Positions 1 to 10,421 are shown, numbered from the stretch's first letter. The stretch: 64,000 bases of DNA from Dysgonamonadaceae bacterium (GCA_031272075.1 JAISUK010000065.1:7420-71419), one strand, 5' to 3'. The notes: generated by a model from the letters alone, not told the origin. A program made the numbers and translations.

Positions 1-400
1 GCAACTGACCACCGGCCATGTCATTGTGATGGGAAGAAAAACCTACGATTCGCTGCCGAAAGGGGCATTGCCTCATCGCACCAATGTGGTGATCAGCCGC
101 AACAGCAACCTGCGACTGCCGCAGTGCACCGTCCTGAACTCCTTGCAAGCGGCGTTGACTGCATTTGCAGATGAACAGGAAATCTTTATCATCGGCGGAG
201 CAGAAATCTATCGACAATCATTTCCCCTTGCCGACAGGATCTACCTGACACGGGTGCATGCCGAATTCCCTGACGCAGATACGTTTTTCCCTCCAATCGA
301 TCCGGCGGAATGGCAATTGATCGCCGACGAAACACCCCTCGCCGACGAAACATCCCCCTACAACTACTCCTTTTACACCTTCAAACGCAAGCGCGTATGA
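1..400 (+). CDS. folA: Dihydrofolate reductase (5' end outside window)
   Basis: Frame open from base 2 (QLTTGHVIVMGRKTYDSLP...LPHRTNVVISR...IFIIGGAEIY...DADTFFP): classic DHFR motifs; stop TGA 398-400. Confidence 0.95.
   Translation, partial: QLTTGHVIVMGRKTYDSLPKGALPHRTNVVISRNSNLRLPQCTVLNSLQAALTAFADEQEIFIIGGAEIYRQSFPLADRIYLTRVHAEFPDADTFFPPIDPAEWQLIADETPLADETSPYNYSFYTFKRKRV
321..352 (+). repeat. Period-18 tandem duplication inside folA (ADETP/ADETS)
   Basis: TCGCCGACGAAACA at 321-334 and 339-352. Confidence 0.8.
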
Positions 401-491
401 AACGAGCATGATTTTCAAACATCCAAGTCGACGACAATAATGGCATTGCGATTTCCATACGACCTTTTAAAACAAATTATTGACGTATGAA
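397..491 (+). mobile_element. Start-codon element copy A (putative non-autonomous element)
   Basis: ATGAAACGAGCATG...CATCCAAGT...CATACGACC-T/A tract-TTATTGACGT-ATGAA; left ATG overlaps the folA stop; ATG-to-ATG 90 nt. Confidence 0.75.
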
Positions 492-605
492 AAAAGAACG
501 CAAATAACGCAAATTCCTGATTCCGGAACAAAAAAATCGGGGTTCACCTATACTTTTTTCTTTTTCAAGTTACTTATTAGGTGAAACATGTTATTTTTTT
601 GAAGT

Positions 606-1760
606 ATGGAATGGGAAACGAAGATCCCCGAAATTATTTCACGTAAGTTGGCCGGAGACGATGTTACTGAGTGGGAACAAGCTGTTTTCGACGATTGGTT
701 GACAGCGTCTGAAGCGCACGAAGCGATGTATCGGCGGATGTTGTCGGGAGAGAGCCTGGCAACGTATCGGGCGATCCTCGACAAGTCGGATATTCCGGCG
801 GGCATTTCCGCTGTTGAAAAGCGGATAAAAACCCCTGTGATTCGCAGGAGGATTGCGGCCATCACCGCTGTAGCCGCTGCTTTGGCGGCTGTTGTGGTTT
901 TGACGGTACGAGATTTGCCATGGACGTCACCGCCAACGACATCTTCCATCCCGGAAGTGCGCGACAGTCATCCTGCCCTCGTTGCGGAAGATAAAAAAGT
1001 GGTGCTGAGCATGGGGGAAGAGCACATAGAATTGTCGAAAGACGATGACGAAACGGCTTGGCGTCAGCAGGTGGCGGCGCTTCCTGTCGAGCCAAAAGCG
1101 GACGATGCGCCCGACATCGTCAAGATAGCGGTTTCACGCGGCATGACTTACAGGCTTCGTCTGCCCGACAGCACCCAAGTGTGGCTGAATGCCGAAACGA
1201 CGATAGAATTTCCGGAAAAATTCACTGCGGCCACGAGAAATGTAACTGTATCGGGAGAGGCCTATTTCGAGGTAGCACACCATCCCGAACGACCTTTTGT
1301 AATCACGAGCAATCTTTTGAAAATTACCGTCCTCGGCACAAAATTCGTTGTAAACAGTTATGCCGATGCAGGGAAGTCCTTCGTCACGCTGGTAGCAGGT
1401 TCGCTCAAAGTGAGCAATGACGCCGACAGCAGGATACTCAAACCCAACGAACAGGCCGTGTACGACAAGAAAGCAGGCGGACTTGCCGTAACGGAAGTGG
1501 ATGACATCAGGACTTTCACCGCCTGGATGAATGGGCAATTCTATTACCGCTCTTCGCCTCCCGACGTCTTATTCTCTGCATTGGAACGGTGGTATGATGT
1601 GGACTTCGTGTTTGAAGAATCGGATTTGTCAGCCATGGGCAAAATTACGATGATGTTTAGCCGCAAGGACGATTTGACCTCTGTGCTGGAATCCCTCTGT
1701 GCGCTGACGGGATGGCAATATCGGATTGACAACAGATCAATATATATGAGTAAAAAATAA
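606..1760 (+). CDS. FecR-family anti-sigma factor
   Basis: N-terminal anti-sigma helix, TM segment, LPDSTQVWLNAETTIEFP...GEAYFEV...VLGTKF FecR core. Confidence 0.92.
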   Translation: MEWETKIPEIISRKLAGDDVTEWEQAVFDDWLTASEAHEAMYRRMLSGESLATYRAILDKSDIPAGISAVEKRIKTPVIRRRIAAITAVAAALAAVVVLTVRDLPWTSPPTTSSIPEVRDSHPALVAEDKKVVLSMGEEHIELSKDDDETAWRQQVAALPVEPKADDAPDIVKIAVSRGMTYRLRLPDSTQVWLNAETTIEFPEKFTAATRNVTVSGEAYFEVAHHPERPFVITSNLLKITVLGTKFVVNSYADAGKSFVTLVAGSLKVSNDADSRILKPNEQAVYDKKAGGLAVTEVDDIRTFTAWMNGQFYYRSSPPDVLFSALERWYDVDFVFEESDLSAMGKITMMFSRKDDLTSVLESLCALTGWQYRIDNRSIYMSKK

Positions 1761-1762
1761 AT

Positions 1763-1780
1763 AAATTATTGACGTATGAA
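1763..1780 (+). repeat. Solo right end of the start-codon element
   Basis: AAATTATTGACGTATGAA, matching the element 3' end; supplies the susC ATG at 1776. Confidence 0.7.
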
Positions 1781-4700
1781 AAAAAATCTATTTCTCCTCT
1801 TTCTCGTAACCTGTATACTGGGATTTACATTCCCCACATTGCTTGCCGCTCAATCACAGCAGGGTATTACGTTGGAAATGAGACAGGCAACGATAGAGCA
1901 GGTCGTTGTCAAGTTGAAATCGATGACCGATTATGGATTTACCTACCGTAGCAGCGACCTGCCAAAAGAAAAGCGCGATTTCGTATTCCGGAATCTGACG
2001 ATCGCACAGGTGATGGACAAACTGGTCGAAGAAACCACCTTGAGATGGACACGCGCAGGAGATGTGATCACGATCCTTGTCGGCGGAAAAACCAGTAGCG
2101 CTCTTCAGCAAAATCTCGGTAAAGTGACGGGACGAGTGACGGATGAAAACGGCGATCCGCTGATCGGCGTAACGGTCGTCGCGAAAGGCACGACGAAGGG
2201 GGTCGTCACCGATGCCGACGGTCGCTTTGAACTCGACGGACTGTCGGGCGGCAGCGTCCCGCTTCGCATCACTTATATCGGAAAAGAAGCGCAGGAGGTA
2301 ACGGTAAAAATCAATTCATACGTGAATATCCAATTGAAGGACGACGTGAGCCAGATCAACCAGGTGGTGGTGACGGGATATCAGACAATCTCCCGTGAAA
2401 AGTCTACAGGCGCTGTGACAACGGTCAATTCGGCAGAACTCGCAGAACGCTACACACCTAATATTGTAAACAATCTTGAGGGACGCGTTGCGGGATTGGT
2501 GACGTATGAAGGCAAAACAACAATACGGGGAACGGGAAGTCTTTATGCCACGACTTCGCCACTGCTGGTGGTGGATGGACTGCCTGTTGAGGAGAATTTG
2601 GAAGATATTAATCCTTATGACGTGGAAAGCATTACAGTGTTGAAAGATGCGGCTGCTACCGCCATTTACGGCGCACGCGCTTCCAATGGGATTATCGTCA
2701 TAAAGACAAAACGGGCTACTCAACGGGATCGCATTGATGTGGATGTGTCGGCTAATTTTACAATTTATCAGAAACGCGACTTGGATTATGCCCGCAACTT
2801 TTACATGACCCCGGAACAGCAGATCAAGACAGAGCAGGATTATTACCAATACTACTTTTTCGATAACGACGGCGAAGTGGTCGACCCGATAGGAACAACC
2901 GAAGCGGCTATTACTGCCACCGCGTATTCAGCCATGAGTCCGATATATTACGCTTATTATCAACTTGCCAAAGGAGACATCTCGCAAAGCGAACTGGATC
3001 GTCGGATCGCGGAATATAAGCAGAACAATTTCGCAAAAGAGTATGCCGACCACGCGCTACTCAACCGTTTCCTGCAACAATACAACATTTCTGCGCGTAC
3101 CCGCTCCGACAACTACCAGTCGAATTTGGTCATCAACTTCAAACGGGATAATATGGGCATCCGAAAGGCCGATAGCAATCAAATGACCATCTTTTACAAA
3201 GGAACTTACGACATAGCATCGTGGGTAACGGTCAATTTCAGTATCAACAGCATATTGGCTAAATCGCAAAGCAGCAACAGTGCGTATGCTACCGATCCAT
3301 TCAATGTTCCAGCTTACTACCGCCTGCTAAACGACGACGGGAGCTACAATTATTATTCAACTTCCATGTACAATATTTACAATACTTTGCCGGAAGAAAA
3401 TTCTGCCCTGCGTACCATGCGATTCAATCATCTGGATGAATTGTCCTATGACCAAACCAATACCGATCGTAGAAATACCCGCTACCATGCTGACCTGCTT
3501 TTCCGTATCCTCCCCGAACTGACCGTCAATACCCAGTTCATCTACGAAACCAACCGGCAAACGGAAACCTCGTATGCCGAAGCGGAGAGTTACATCATGC
3601 GTACAATGCGCAATGTTTATACCGTGCAGTCAGGAACTACCTACAGCTATATGATTCCGGAAAACGGCGGAAAATTGGCAACCGTGAATACAAAAGGTGA
3701 TCACTGGACAGGACGAGGACAGATCGACTACAACCGCAACTTTGGGAAACACGCCTTGAATTTATTGGCCGGGTTGGAGTTCCGTCAGACATTTACCAAC
3801 GGCACACGAGGATTGTTGCTGGGCTACGACGACCAACTGCAGACAGACGCCACCATTTCGGTGAACATACCTGCATTGGAAAATCTTGTTTACACTTCTT
3901 TTTTTATGCCCGGATATCCAGCGATGTCATTGATGTATAATCCATATATTTCTTCGGCCATAGGTACAGTGAAAGAACAACGTCACCGATACGGTTCGGG
4001 CTATGCCAATGCCACCTACACCTACGATAATCGCTACAACGTTTTCGGTTCATTCCGTAAGGATTATGCCGATGTCTACGGGTTGGATACCAGATTCCGA
4101 GGCAAGCCGTTGTGGTCGGTTGGCATCGGATGGAACCTGCACAACGAGGCTTTCCTGGCAGAGGCGTCAAACGTGAATTTTTTGAAAATGCGTGCCAGCT
4201 ACGGAGCAACCGGCAATATCTACCAAGGCGCCACCAGCCACATGACTGCTGCTTCCGGGTTTAATGCCTCTACAAAACTCCCGATGTCGTCGATTGAAAG
4301 CCCGGCAAATTCAGAGTTAAAATGGGAGGAGAATGTAACAACCGACATCGGTGTGGATTTCATGTTGTTCGACCGACTGAAAGGGTCATTAGACTGGTAT
4401 CATAAAAAGGGGAAGGATATTTTCTCCCGAAAAACGCTTGACCCCTCGAAAGGGTTTACCAGCATCGTGATGAACTTAGCCGGATTGAAAAACGACGGCA
4501 TAGAATGGACAATCTCCTACGACTGGTTCAAAGAAAAAAAGGAGGCTGGTTTTGCCTGGAACACAGCGCTTATAGGCTCTAATAACAAAAATAAAATAAC
4601 GGAAGTGGAATCGCAGGCTACGCGGGCAAGTGAGCTGATTTCTACGCCTTTTAAAGTAGGATATCCGGTAAGTGCGCTTTTTTCTTATCAGTTTGCCGGG

Positions 4701-5276
4701 ATCGACGATCAAGGGCAACCAACCTGGTATGCGGCAGACGGAACAATAGTGAAAGCCGCAACCGGCACCGGAGTCGATGCGATGGTTTATTCCGGTCAAT
4801 CAGATCCCATAACCGTGCTTGGGATGGAAAATCACTTAAGCTACAATGGTTTCAGCTTGAACGTACTGATGTGTTACTACGGAGGACACAAAATGCGGGT
4901 GCTTCAGGCCAATCCAACCTTTGGCGTGCCTTATGAGGCTATTCCCAGCTATTTTCTGAATGCCTGGACTCCCCAGAATACGGAAACCAACGTGCCGGGC
5001 ATTGGACGATATTCCGCTGTAACGCTGGGAGGAGAAACGACCTATACCGATATTTATGTACAACCGGCTGATTTTTTAAAGATACGAAACATCGTGTTGG
5101 GTTATGATTTACCCCGCACATTTTTTTCTAAAATGGGGATGCGTCGTGCAGTGTTGCGTTTCCAAATCGACAATCCAAAATACTTGTGGGTGAAAAACAA
5201 GGTAGGCATCGACCCGGAAACACGATCGCTGCGAACACCCTCCTCGTATATTATTGGGATGAATATTAACTTTTAA
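1776..5276 (+). CDS. SusC/RagA TonB-dependent transporter with N-terminal signalling extension
   Basis: Signal peptide, STN-like N-terminus, VVVTGYQ, SPLLVVDGLP, LKDAAATAIYGARASNGIIVI plug motif, C-terminal F. Confidence 0.95.
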   Translation: MKKNLFLLFLVTCILGFTFPTLLAAQSQQGITLEMRQATIEQVVVKLKSMTDYGFTYRSSDLPKEKRDFVFRNLTIAQVMDKLVEETTLRWTRAGDVITILVGGKTSSALQQNLGKVTGRVTDENGDPLIGVTVVAKGTTKGVVTDADGRFELDGLSGGSVPLRITYIGKEAQEVTVKINSYVNIQLKDDVSQINQVVVTGYQTISREKSTGAVTTVNSAELAERYTPNIVNNLEGRVAGLVTYEGKTTIRGTGSLYATTSPLLVVDGLPVEENLEDINPYDVESITVLKDAAATAIYGARASNGIIVIKTKRATQRDRIDVDVSANFTIYQKRDLDYARNFYMTPEQQIKTEQDYYQYYFFDNDGEVVDPIGTTEAAITATAYSAMSPIYYAYYQLAKGDISQSELDRRIAEYKQNNFAKEYADHALLNRFLQQYNISARTRSDNYQSNLVINFKRDNMGIRKADSNQMTIFYKGTYDIASWVTVNFSINSILAKSQSSNSAYATDPFNVPAYYRLLNDDGSYNYYSTSMYNIYNTLPEENSALRTMRFNHLDELSYDQTNTDRRNTRYHADLLFRILPELTVNTQFIYETNRQTETSYAEAESYIMRTMRNVYTVQSGTTYSYMIPENGGKLATVNTKGDHWTGRGQIDYNRNFGKHALNLLAGLEFRQTFTNGTRGLLLGYDDQLQTDATISVNIPALENLVYTSFFMPGYPAMSLMYNPYISSAIGTVKEQRHRYGSGYANATYTYDNRYNVFGSFRKDYADVYGLDTRFRGKPLWSVGIGWNLHNEAFLAEASNVNFLKMRASYGATGNIYQGATSHMTAASGFNASTKLPMSSIESPANSELKWEENVTTDIGVDFMLFDRLKGSLDWYHKKGKDIFSRKTLDPSKGFTSIVMNLAGLKNDGIEWTISYDWFKEKKEAGFAWNTALIGSNNKNKITEVESQATRASELISTPFKVGYPVSALFSYQFAGIDDQGQPTWYAADGTIVKAATGTGVDAMVYSGQSDPITVLGMENHLSYNGFSLNVLMCYYGGHKMRVLQANPTFGVPYEAIPSYFLNAWTPQNTETNVPGIGRYSAVTLGGETTYTDIYVQPADFLKIRNIVLGYDLPRTFFSKMGMRRAVLRFQIDNPKYLWVKNKVGIDPETRSLRTPSSYIIGMNINF

Positions 5277-5288
5277 TCACAACAAAAA

Positions 5289-6668
5289 ATGAAGAAGACT
5301 ATATACGGAATCCTTCTTATCGTCCTCGTTGTAATTTCCGCATGCGGAAATTTCACAGATATCGAACCCAAGGGCATGAACCTTTTAAACCGGGTAACCG
5401 ACCTGGATCAATTGCTTAATTATCGTTACCTCAATGGCGTATTCGGAGTAGGCGATTGTTCAATATTAATTAACGACGCCTATCCAACCCTAAACATACC
5501 TAACGAAATCAGTCGTCCGGTTAAAACACTCCGAACAGCATTATTAACCTGGGACGAACGAATCAACCGAGCAGAACTGTCTACTTCGGATACAAAATAT
5601 GAACTTTATTACCGAATCATTGGACGTGTAGCCAATCCCGTACTGCTTCAAGTAGATGATGCTGAAGGCGATCGTGTTTTGGCCATGCAACTGAAAGCAG
5701 AAGCATACGTATTGCGCGCCTGGTTTCACTACTTGGCTGTAAACGTTTTCGCAAAGGCCTATAACCCGACAACAACCGCCACCGATCCGGGCATACCATA
5801 CGTAAAAGAGCACGATCTGCTATCGGTACCCAGTAAGAAATACACGGTTCAGGAAGTCTACGATTTTATTCTGGCAGACTTGCGGGCAGCGCTTGAGCTA
5901 AACAGCCTGCCAAACGAAGCGACAAACTTGATGCGAGTCAGTCTTCCGTTTGCCTACGCTGTGGAAGCGCAGGTACGAATGTCGATGCATGATTTCTCCG
6001 GCGCTTGGCAGGCAGCGGAAAAATCGCTGGCGATAAAAAACACGATCGACGATCACCGTCCATTTGTTGGCGAGACTTTCGCGCGTCCGGAATTGCAAAG
6101 TACGGAAGATTTATTTTTTGCTGGCCAAGCATATATAATGATGATAGCGCCAACACCGGAACTGAGCGCTGTTTTTGAGCCGGGCAGCATCTTCAATAAC
6201 ACAATATCAAAGATGAATGAGCGTGGTCCGGCGATGTTTGGATTAACGACAGATGTCATTTATTCATTAACAACCTACTTATGCGGATCCGGCTTGACCA
6301 CCGTAGACATGAACTTGGTCTGCGCCGAATGTAAACTTCGTTCAGGCGATATTTCCGGAACGATGGAAATCATTAACCACATCCGAGAATACCGGATCGA
6401 CCCGGCGATGTACGCACCGTTAACCGCTGCCAATGCTACGGAGGCTTTCGCAGCATTGAAAAAATCATGGAGAACAGAGAACTGGTGCGGCCCCAAGAAT
6501 TTTATTAACTTGAAACGGTGGAATACAGAAGCGGCTTACAAAGAGACACTTCGCAAAACATTGCTCGGTGTGAATTACGAATTGCCTCCAGATTCGCCAT
6601 TATGGATATTCCCATTTCCACAAAATGCGATAGCTTACAATCCCAACTTGACACAAAACTATGAATAA
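5289..6668 (+). CDS. SusD/RagB lipoprotein
   Basis: Lipobox ISAC, EAYVLRAWFHY motif, C-terminal FPFPQNAIAYNPNLTQN; follows susC. Confidence 0.9.
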   Translation: MKKTIYGILLIVLVVISACGNFTDIEPKGMNLLNRVTDLDQLLNYRYLNGVFGVGDCSILINDAYPTLNIPNEISRPVKTLRTALLTWDERINRAELSTSDTKYELYYRIIGRVANPVLLQVDDAEGDRVLAMQLKAEAYVLRAWFHYLAVNVFAKAYNPTTTATDPGIPYVKEHDLLSVPSKKYTVQEVYDFILADLRAALELNSLPNEATNLMRVSLPFAYAVEAQVRMSMHDFSGAWQAAEKSLAIKNTIDDHRPFVGETFARPELQSTEDLFFAGQAYIMMIAPTPELSAVFEPGSIFNNTISKMNERGPAMFGLTTDVIYSLTTYLCGSGLTTVDMNLVCAECKLRSGDISGTMEIINHIREYRIDPAMYAPLTAANATEAFAALKKSWRTENWCGPKNFINLKRWNTEAAYKETLRKTLLGVNYELPPDSPLWIFPFPQNAIAYNPNLTQNYE

Positions 6669-6702
6669 AAGTAAAGTAAAATATAATTAATTTTAAAATA
6701 AA

Positions 6703-7860
6703 ATGAAGATGAAAACAATTCTAAGCATGTTATGCAGCGTGGTGGTATTTTTGAGTGTATATGGCGAAGAAGTGGATGCTAACAAGTGTAAAATCAGGAT
6801 TACAGCTGAGAATTACCCGCTGGACACGGTCACCCTGCTATGGTCGGAGAACGGCGCTCGAAAAACTTTACCTGTAGCGCTTCCCGGCGGGAAAGGCGAG
6901 ATTGAGGTTGCTACAGCCGATTTAACCTCCCTAATAATATTGAATAGAGATATGAACTCGGTGATCAAAATAGGCGATAAGGGTGTCATTCCTTTGCCGC
7001 CGGTGGAATTTTTTGCAGAAAATGGCAAGTTGGTACAGATCAGTTTTGACAACCTAAAATGGCCAGAAATGGAGATTTCAGGCGGGACGGTAAACAATGA
7101 TTTAATGACATTGCGGAAAGTGACGGCGCCGTTGAAAGCCGAACAATACGCTTTGCGACGGGAGATGAATAACGAAGGCGCTGATCAGCAGTCGATCGAG
7201 AAACAAATCGAAGAAATCTCCGCCAAGATTGAATTTGCAGAAAAAGAATTTATGGCCTCGAACCCGGAGAGTTACATCTCTCTCACGTTGTTGAGAAGCA
7301 AACCTTTTATGCCCGTTGCTGAAGCGGAAAGCATATTCGCCAAGTTGCCTCCAGCTGTGCGTGACAGCGAGCTGGGGAAGCAGGTTGCGAGCGAGTTGGA
7401 AAAGAAAAAGACTTTGTCGCCCGGTCAACCGGCCCCTCTATTCTCAAAGAAGGATAAGGATGGAAATATTATTACTCTGGCTGATTTGAGAGGAAAATAT
7501 GTGTTGCTTGATTTTTGGGGAAGCTGGTGTGGCCCTTGCCGACAATCGCATCCTCACCTGATTGCTTTGCATCAGAAATACGCCCCAATGGGAATGGAAT
7601 TTATCAGTATTGCGTTTGAACACGTCGCTATTGATAAAGCGAGAGAATTATGGTTGAAAGCGGTGCAGGAGGACAAATTGACATGGACACAAATTTTGAA
7701 TAACGAAGATGAGAAATCGTGCAATGTGGTTCGATTATATGACATCAAAGCATTTCCAACAAAAATCCTCATTGATAGGGAAGGAAAAATCATCGCCGCC
7801 TATCTGGGTGATGATGGTCAGTTGGTAGACGAAAAATTGAAAGAGTTATTCCCTGAATAA
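6703..7860 (+). CDS. TlpA-like thioredoxin/disulfide reductase with N-terminal extension
   Basis: GKYVLLDFWGSWCGPCR CxxC motif, FPTKILIDREGKI; signal peptide. Confidence 0.9.
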   Translation: MKMKTILSMLCSVVVFLSVYGEEVDANKCKIRITAENYPLDTVTLLWSENGARKTLPVALPGGKGEIEVATADLTSLIILNRDMNSVIKIGDKGVIPLPPVEFFAENGKLVQISFDNLKWPEMEISGGTVNNDLMTLRKVTAPLKAEQYALRREMNNEGADQQSIEKQIEEISAKIEFAEKEFMASNPESYISLTLLRSKPFMPVAEAESIFAKLPPAVRDSELGKQVASELEKKKTLSPGQPAPLFSKKDKDGNIITLADLRGKYVLLDFWGSWCGPCRQSHPHLIALHQKYAPMGMEFISIAFEHVAIDKARELWLKAVQEDKLTWTQILNNEDEKSCNVVRLYDIKAFPTKILIDREGKIIAAYLGDDGQLVDEKLKELFPE

Positions 7861-8036
7861 GACACCACTTTAAATGTTTTCTTTCTATGCCTGGACGAAC
7901 TTTTGACGAATAAAAACGGGAGGCGTTAGTATAACATGTATAATTCAAAAAATGTGATTATGCCGATATGATTTTTTGTTTTTTTGGGAAGAAAAGCGGA
8001 ACTTTGTGAAAAAATCAACAACCTTGATGTAGCAGT

Positions 8037-8594
8037 ATGGATGATACAACGCTTTCGCTAAACATTTCACAGGGAGATCATAGCGCTTTTCGCCTCCTGA
8101 TGGAGCGTTATTATGGAGCGCTTTGGGTCTTTTCTAACCGCATACTTGATGATGATTTCTATGCAGAGGATGTCGTTCAGGATGTTTTTGTAGATGTTTG
8201 GTCGCAACGGAAGCAACTGGCGGAAGTCGTCTCGGTGAAAAGCTACCTGTATGGAATGGTTAAAAACAAGTGTTTGACAGTAATCCGTTCATCCAAAATA
8301 TCCGAAAAATACCCGTGCGAATTTCAGCACATCGAGGACGATATGCTGGATAAATACATCGAAACGGAAACGATACGGCTTTTGTTGAATGCCGTTGAGG
8401 CACTGCCGCCACGAAGCGCCCGGGTGCTCAAACTGTCGTTGGAAGGTTTGCGACAGGAAAAGATCGCAGAACAGATGGGCATCACGGTGGCCACCGTGAA
8501 GGCCTTGAAAGCGGAGGGAATCAAAAAGCTAAAGAAAAACCTGTCGCTGACTTTAGCTATAAATATTATTTTTGCGTGGCTTTGCGCCCACTGA
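8037..8594 (+). CDS. ECF sigma-70 factor (Bacteroidota-expanded type)
   Basis: AEDVVQDVFVDVW, KSYLYGMVKNKCL, LPPRSARV...KIAEQMGITVATVK. Confidence 0.9.
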   Translation: MDDTTLSLNISQGDHSAFRLLMERYYGALWVFSNRILDDDFYAEDVVQDVFVDVWSQRKQLAEVVSVKSYLYGMVKNKCLTVIRSSKISEKYPCEFQHIEDDMLDKYIETETIRLLLNAVEALPPRSARVLKLSLEGLRQEKIAEQMGITVATVKALKAEGIKKLKKNLSLTLAINIIFAWLCAH

Positions 8595-8702
8595 CAATTG
8601 CAACGACACAATACCACATGACGATCGGCGCGATACAGACTGCCGCGATGCCTTCAAACAGAGCTCTGAGTAAAACAGTTTTTATTTTAGCAGGAAAAAC
8701 AT

Positions 8703-8710
8703 TATCTTTG
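8703..8710 (+). promoter_or_regulatory. Bacteroidota -7 promoter element
   Basis: TATCTTTG matches TAnnTTTG, 35 nt upstream of the second ECF gene. Confidence 0.55.
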
Positions 8711-8745
8711 CGCTTATCAAACATTTTTACGATGCCTGATAAGCT

Positions 8746-9306
8746 ATGGACGAGTCTAATACTTCACTCTTAGAACGGATTGCAAAAGATGACAATCGCG
8801 CATTTCGTGCTTTCTACGATTTATACTATTCCACGATATATAAATATGCATCCTATTATGTGAAGTCGCTTGTCTTGCGGGAGGAAGTCGTGTCGGATGT
8901 TTTCTTTCAATTTTGGCAAAACCGAAAGAAAAATGTCGAACTTAACAACCCAGAAGCCTACCTTATCACCATGACAAAAAACAGGGCTTTGCGAGCGCTT
9001 GACAACGAAAGTCGATTCAATCTTGAAGTCATTGAGCAACTACACCAAGATCGATTGGCGCACAAACAGACACCCGAAAGCATTTTGATTGACCACGAAA
9101 TAGCCAAGAACATTAAAGATGCCATCGACCAGCTGCCCGAACGTTGCCGTACCATATTTCTCCTGGCACGTGAGGAAGGGTTGAAATACCGCGAAATTGC
9201 CGAAGCATTGCAGATATCGGAAAAGACCGTCGATGCCCAAATGGTGATTGCAATCCGAAAACTCACTCAATTATTGGGGAAATATTTTTTCTTTCTCTTC
9301 TTCTAA
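8746..9306 (+). CDS. ECF sigma-70 factor
   Basis: EEVVSDVFFQFW, LPERCRTIFLLAREEGLKYREIAEALQISEKTV. Confidence 0.93.
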   Translation: MDESNTSLLERIAKDDNRAFRAFYDLYYSTIYKYASYYVKSLVLREEVVSDVFFQFWQNRKKNVELNNPEAYLITMTKNRALRALDNESRFNLEVIEQLHQDRLAHKQTPESILIDHEIAKNIKDAIDQLPERCRTIFLLAREEGLKYREIAEALQISEKTVDAQMVIAIRKLTQLLGKYFFFLFF

Positions 9307-9392
9307 TCAAAAAAAAATCTCACCCGTTTAGGGGTATTTTTGGTTTTTGGGCTCTATAATAGTGATAAACAAACTAAAGAACGTCGAGTATC

Positions 9393-10355
9393 ATGAACGA
9401 TCCCGAATTATTGGCTGCCATTGCCGCCTGTCTCAACGGAAGCGCCTTCGAATCGGAGACAAAAGCCGTGGAAAGCTGGTTGAACAAAGACCCACGTCAT
9501 CAGGCTATCTATACCGAATTGGCAAAACGAGATTACCAAACACAGATAGCCCAAGAGTCGGCCGAAGCCAAAGAACGTATTTTTTATCAAGTGGAGCATC
9601 GCATCCACCGACAGACACAACGCCGACGATTGCGCATCTGGCAATGCGTGGCGGCAGCTTCAATCGTTGCCCTGCTTGCCTTTGCAGGAGGGGAATGGCT
9701 CTCCCGTTCGACCACAAATAAACACCGGTTGCTTGAGGCGCAGAGTCCCAAAGGAGCACGGTCGCAGATCGTTCTCGGCGACGGCACGCGGGTCAGTCTC
9801 AATGCCGGCTCTACACTGCATTATCCTGTGTGCTTCGATAAAAAGACTCGCACAGTATCACTCACGGGCGAGGCCTATTTCGAAGTTGCCAAAGATGCAA
9901 ATCATCCATTTGTTGTCGAGGCAGGCGGGATAAGCGTCAATGTGTTGGGCACGCATTTCAATGTCAGATGTTTTGAGAACGACAATAGCGTGGTAACCAC
10001 GCTGCTCGAAGGTTCGGTAAAGGTAAACGATGTTGTCTTAAAGCCCAATCAACAACTGATATACGACAAAGCAACCCACACAGCCTCCCTGCGTGAAGTC
10101 GATGCAGAACAATATGTAATATGGAAAGACGGACAGTATTACTTCGACAGCGAACGATTTGCCAATATCATCAATGAACTGGAGCGCGGATTCGGGATTA
10201 AGATCACAATTCAGGCAGAAGAATTGAAGGATCAGACCTACTCAGGCATATTCACCGCAGAACAAACACTTTATCAGATACTTGAAGCCTTCAAGAAGCA
10301 CCGCAGTTTCAATTATCACAGACACGAAAACGAAATACGAATTTCCTCGCAATAA
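9393..10355 (+). CDS. FecR-family anti-sigma factor
   Basis: LGDGTRVSLNAGSTLHYP...GEAYFEVAKD...VLGTHFNV; adjacent to ECF. Confidence 0.94.
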   Translation: MNDPELLAAIAACLNGSAFESETKAVESWLNKDPRHQAIYTELAKRDYQTQIAQESAEAKERIFYQVEHRIHRQTQRRRLRIWQCVAAASIVALLAFAGGEWLSRSTTNKHRLLEAQSPKGARSQIVLGDGTRVSLNAGSTLHYPVCFDKKTRTVSLTGEAYFEVAKDANHPFVVEAGGISVNVLGTHFNVRCFENDNSVVTTLLEGSVKVNDVVLKPNQQLIYDKATHTASLREVDAEQYVIWKDGQYYFDSERFANIINELERGFGIKITIQAEELKDQTYSGIFTAEQTLYQILEAFKKHRSFNYHRHENEIRISSQ

Positions 10356-10421
10356 AAAATCAGTATTAACCCTCATATTCTAATCCATGATGCTTACAAA
10401 CGACGAACCGCCAAATACAAA

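Noticed and set aside
2499-2510. GTGACGTATGAA resembling the element right end
   Set aside because: Inside susC coding sequence (V-T-Y-E), out of frame as a start, lacks TTATT and the A tract; chance match.
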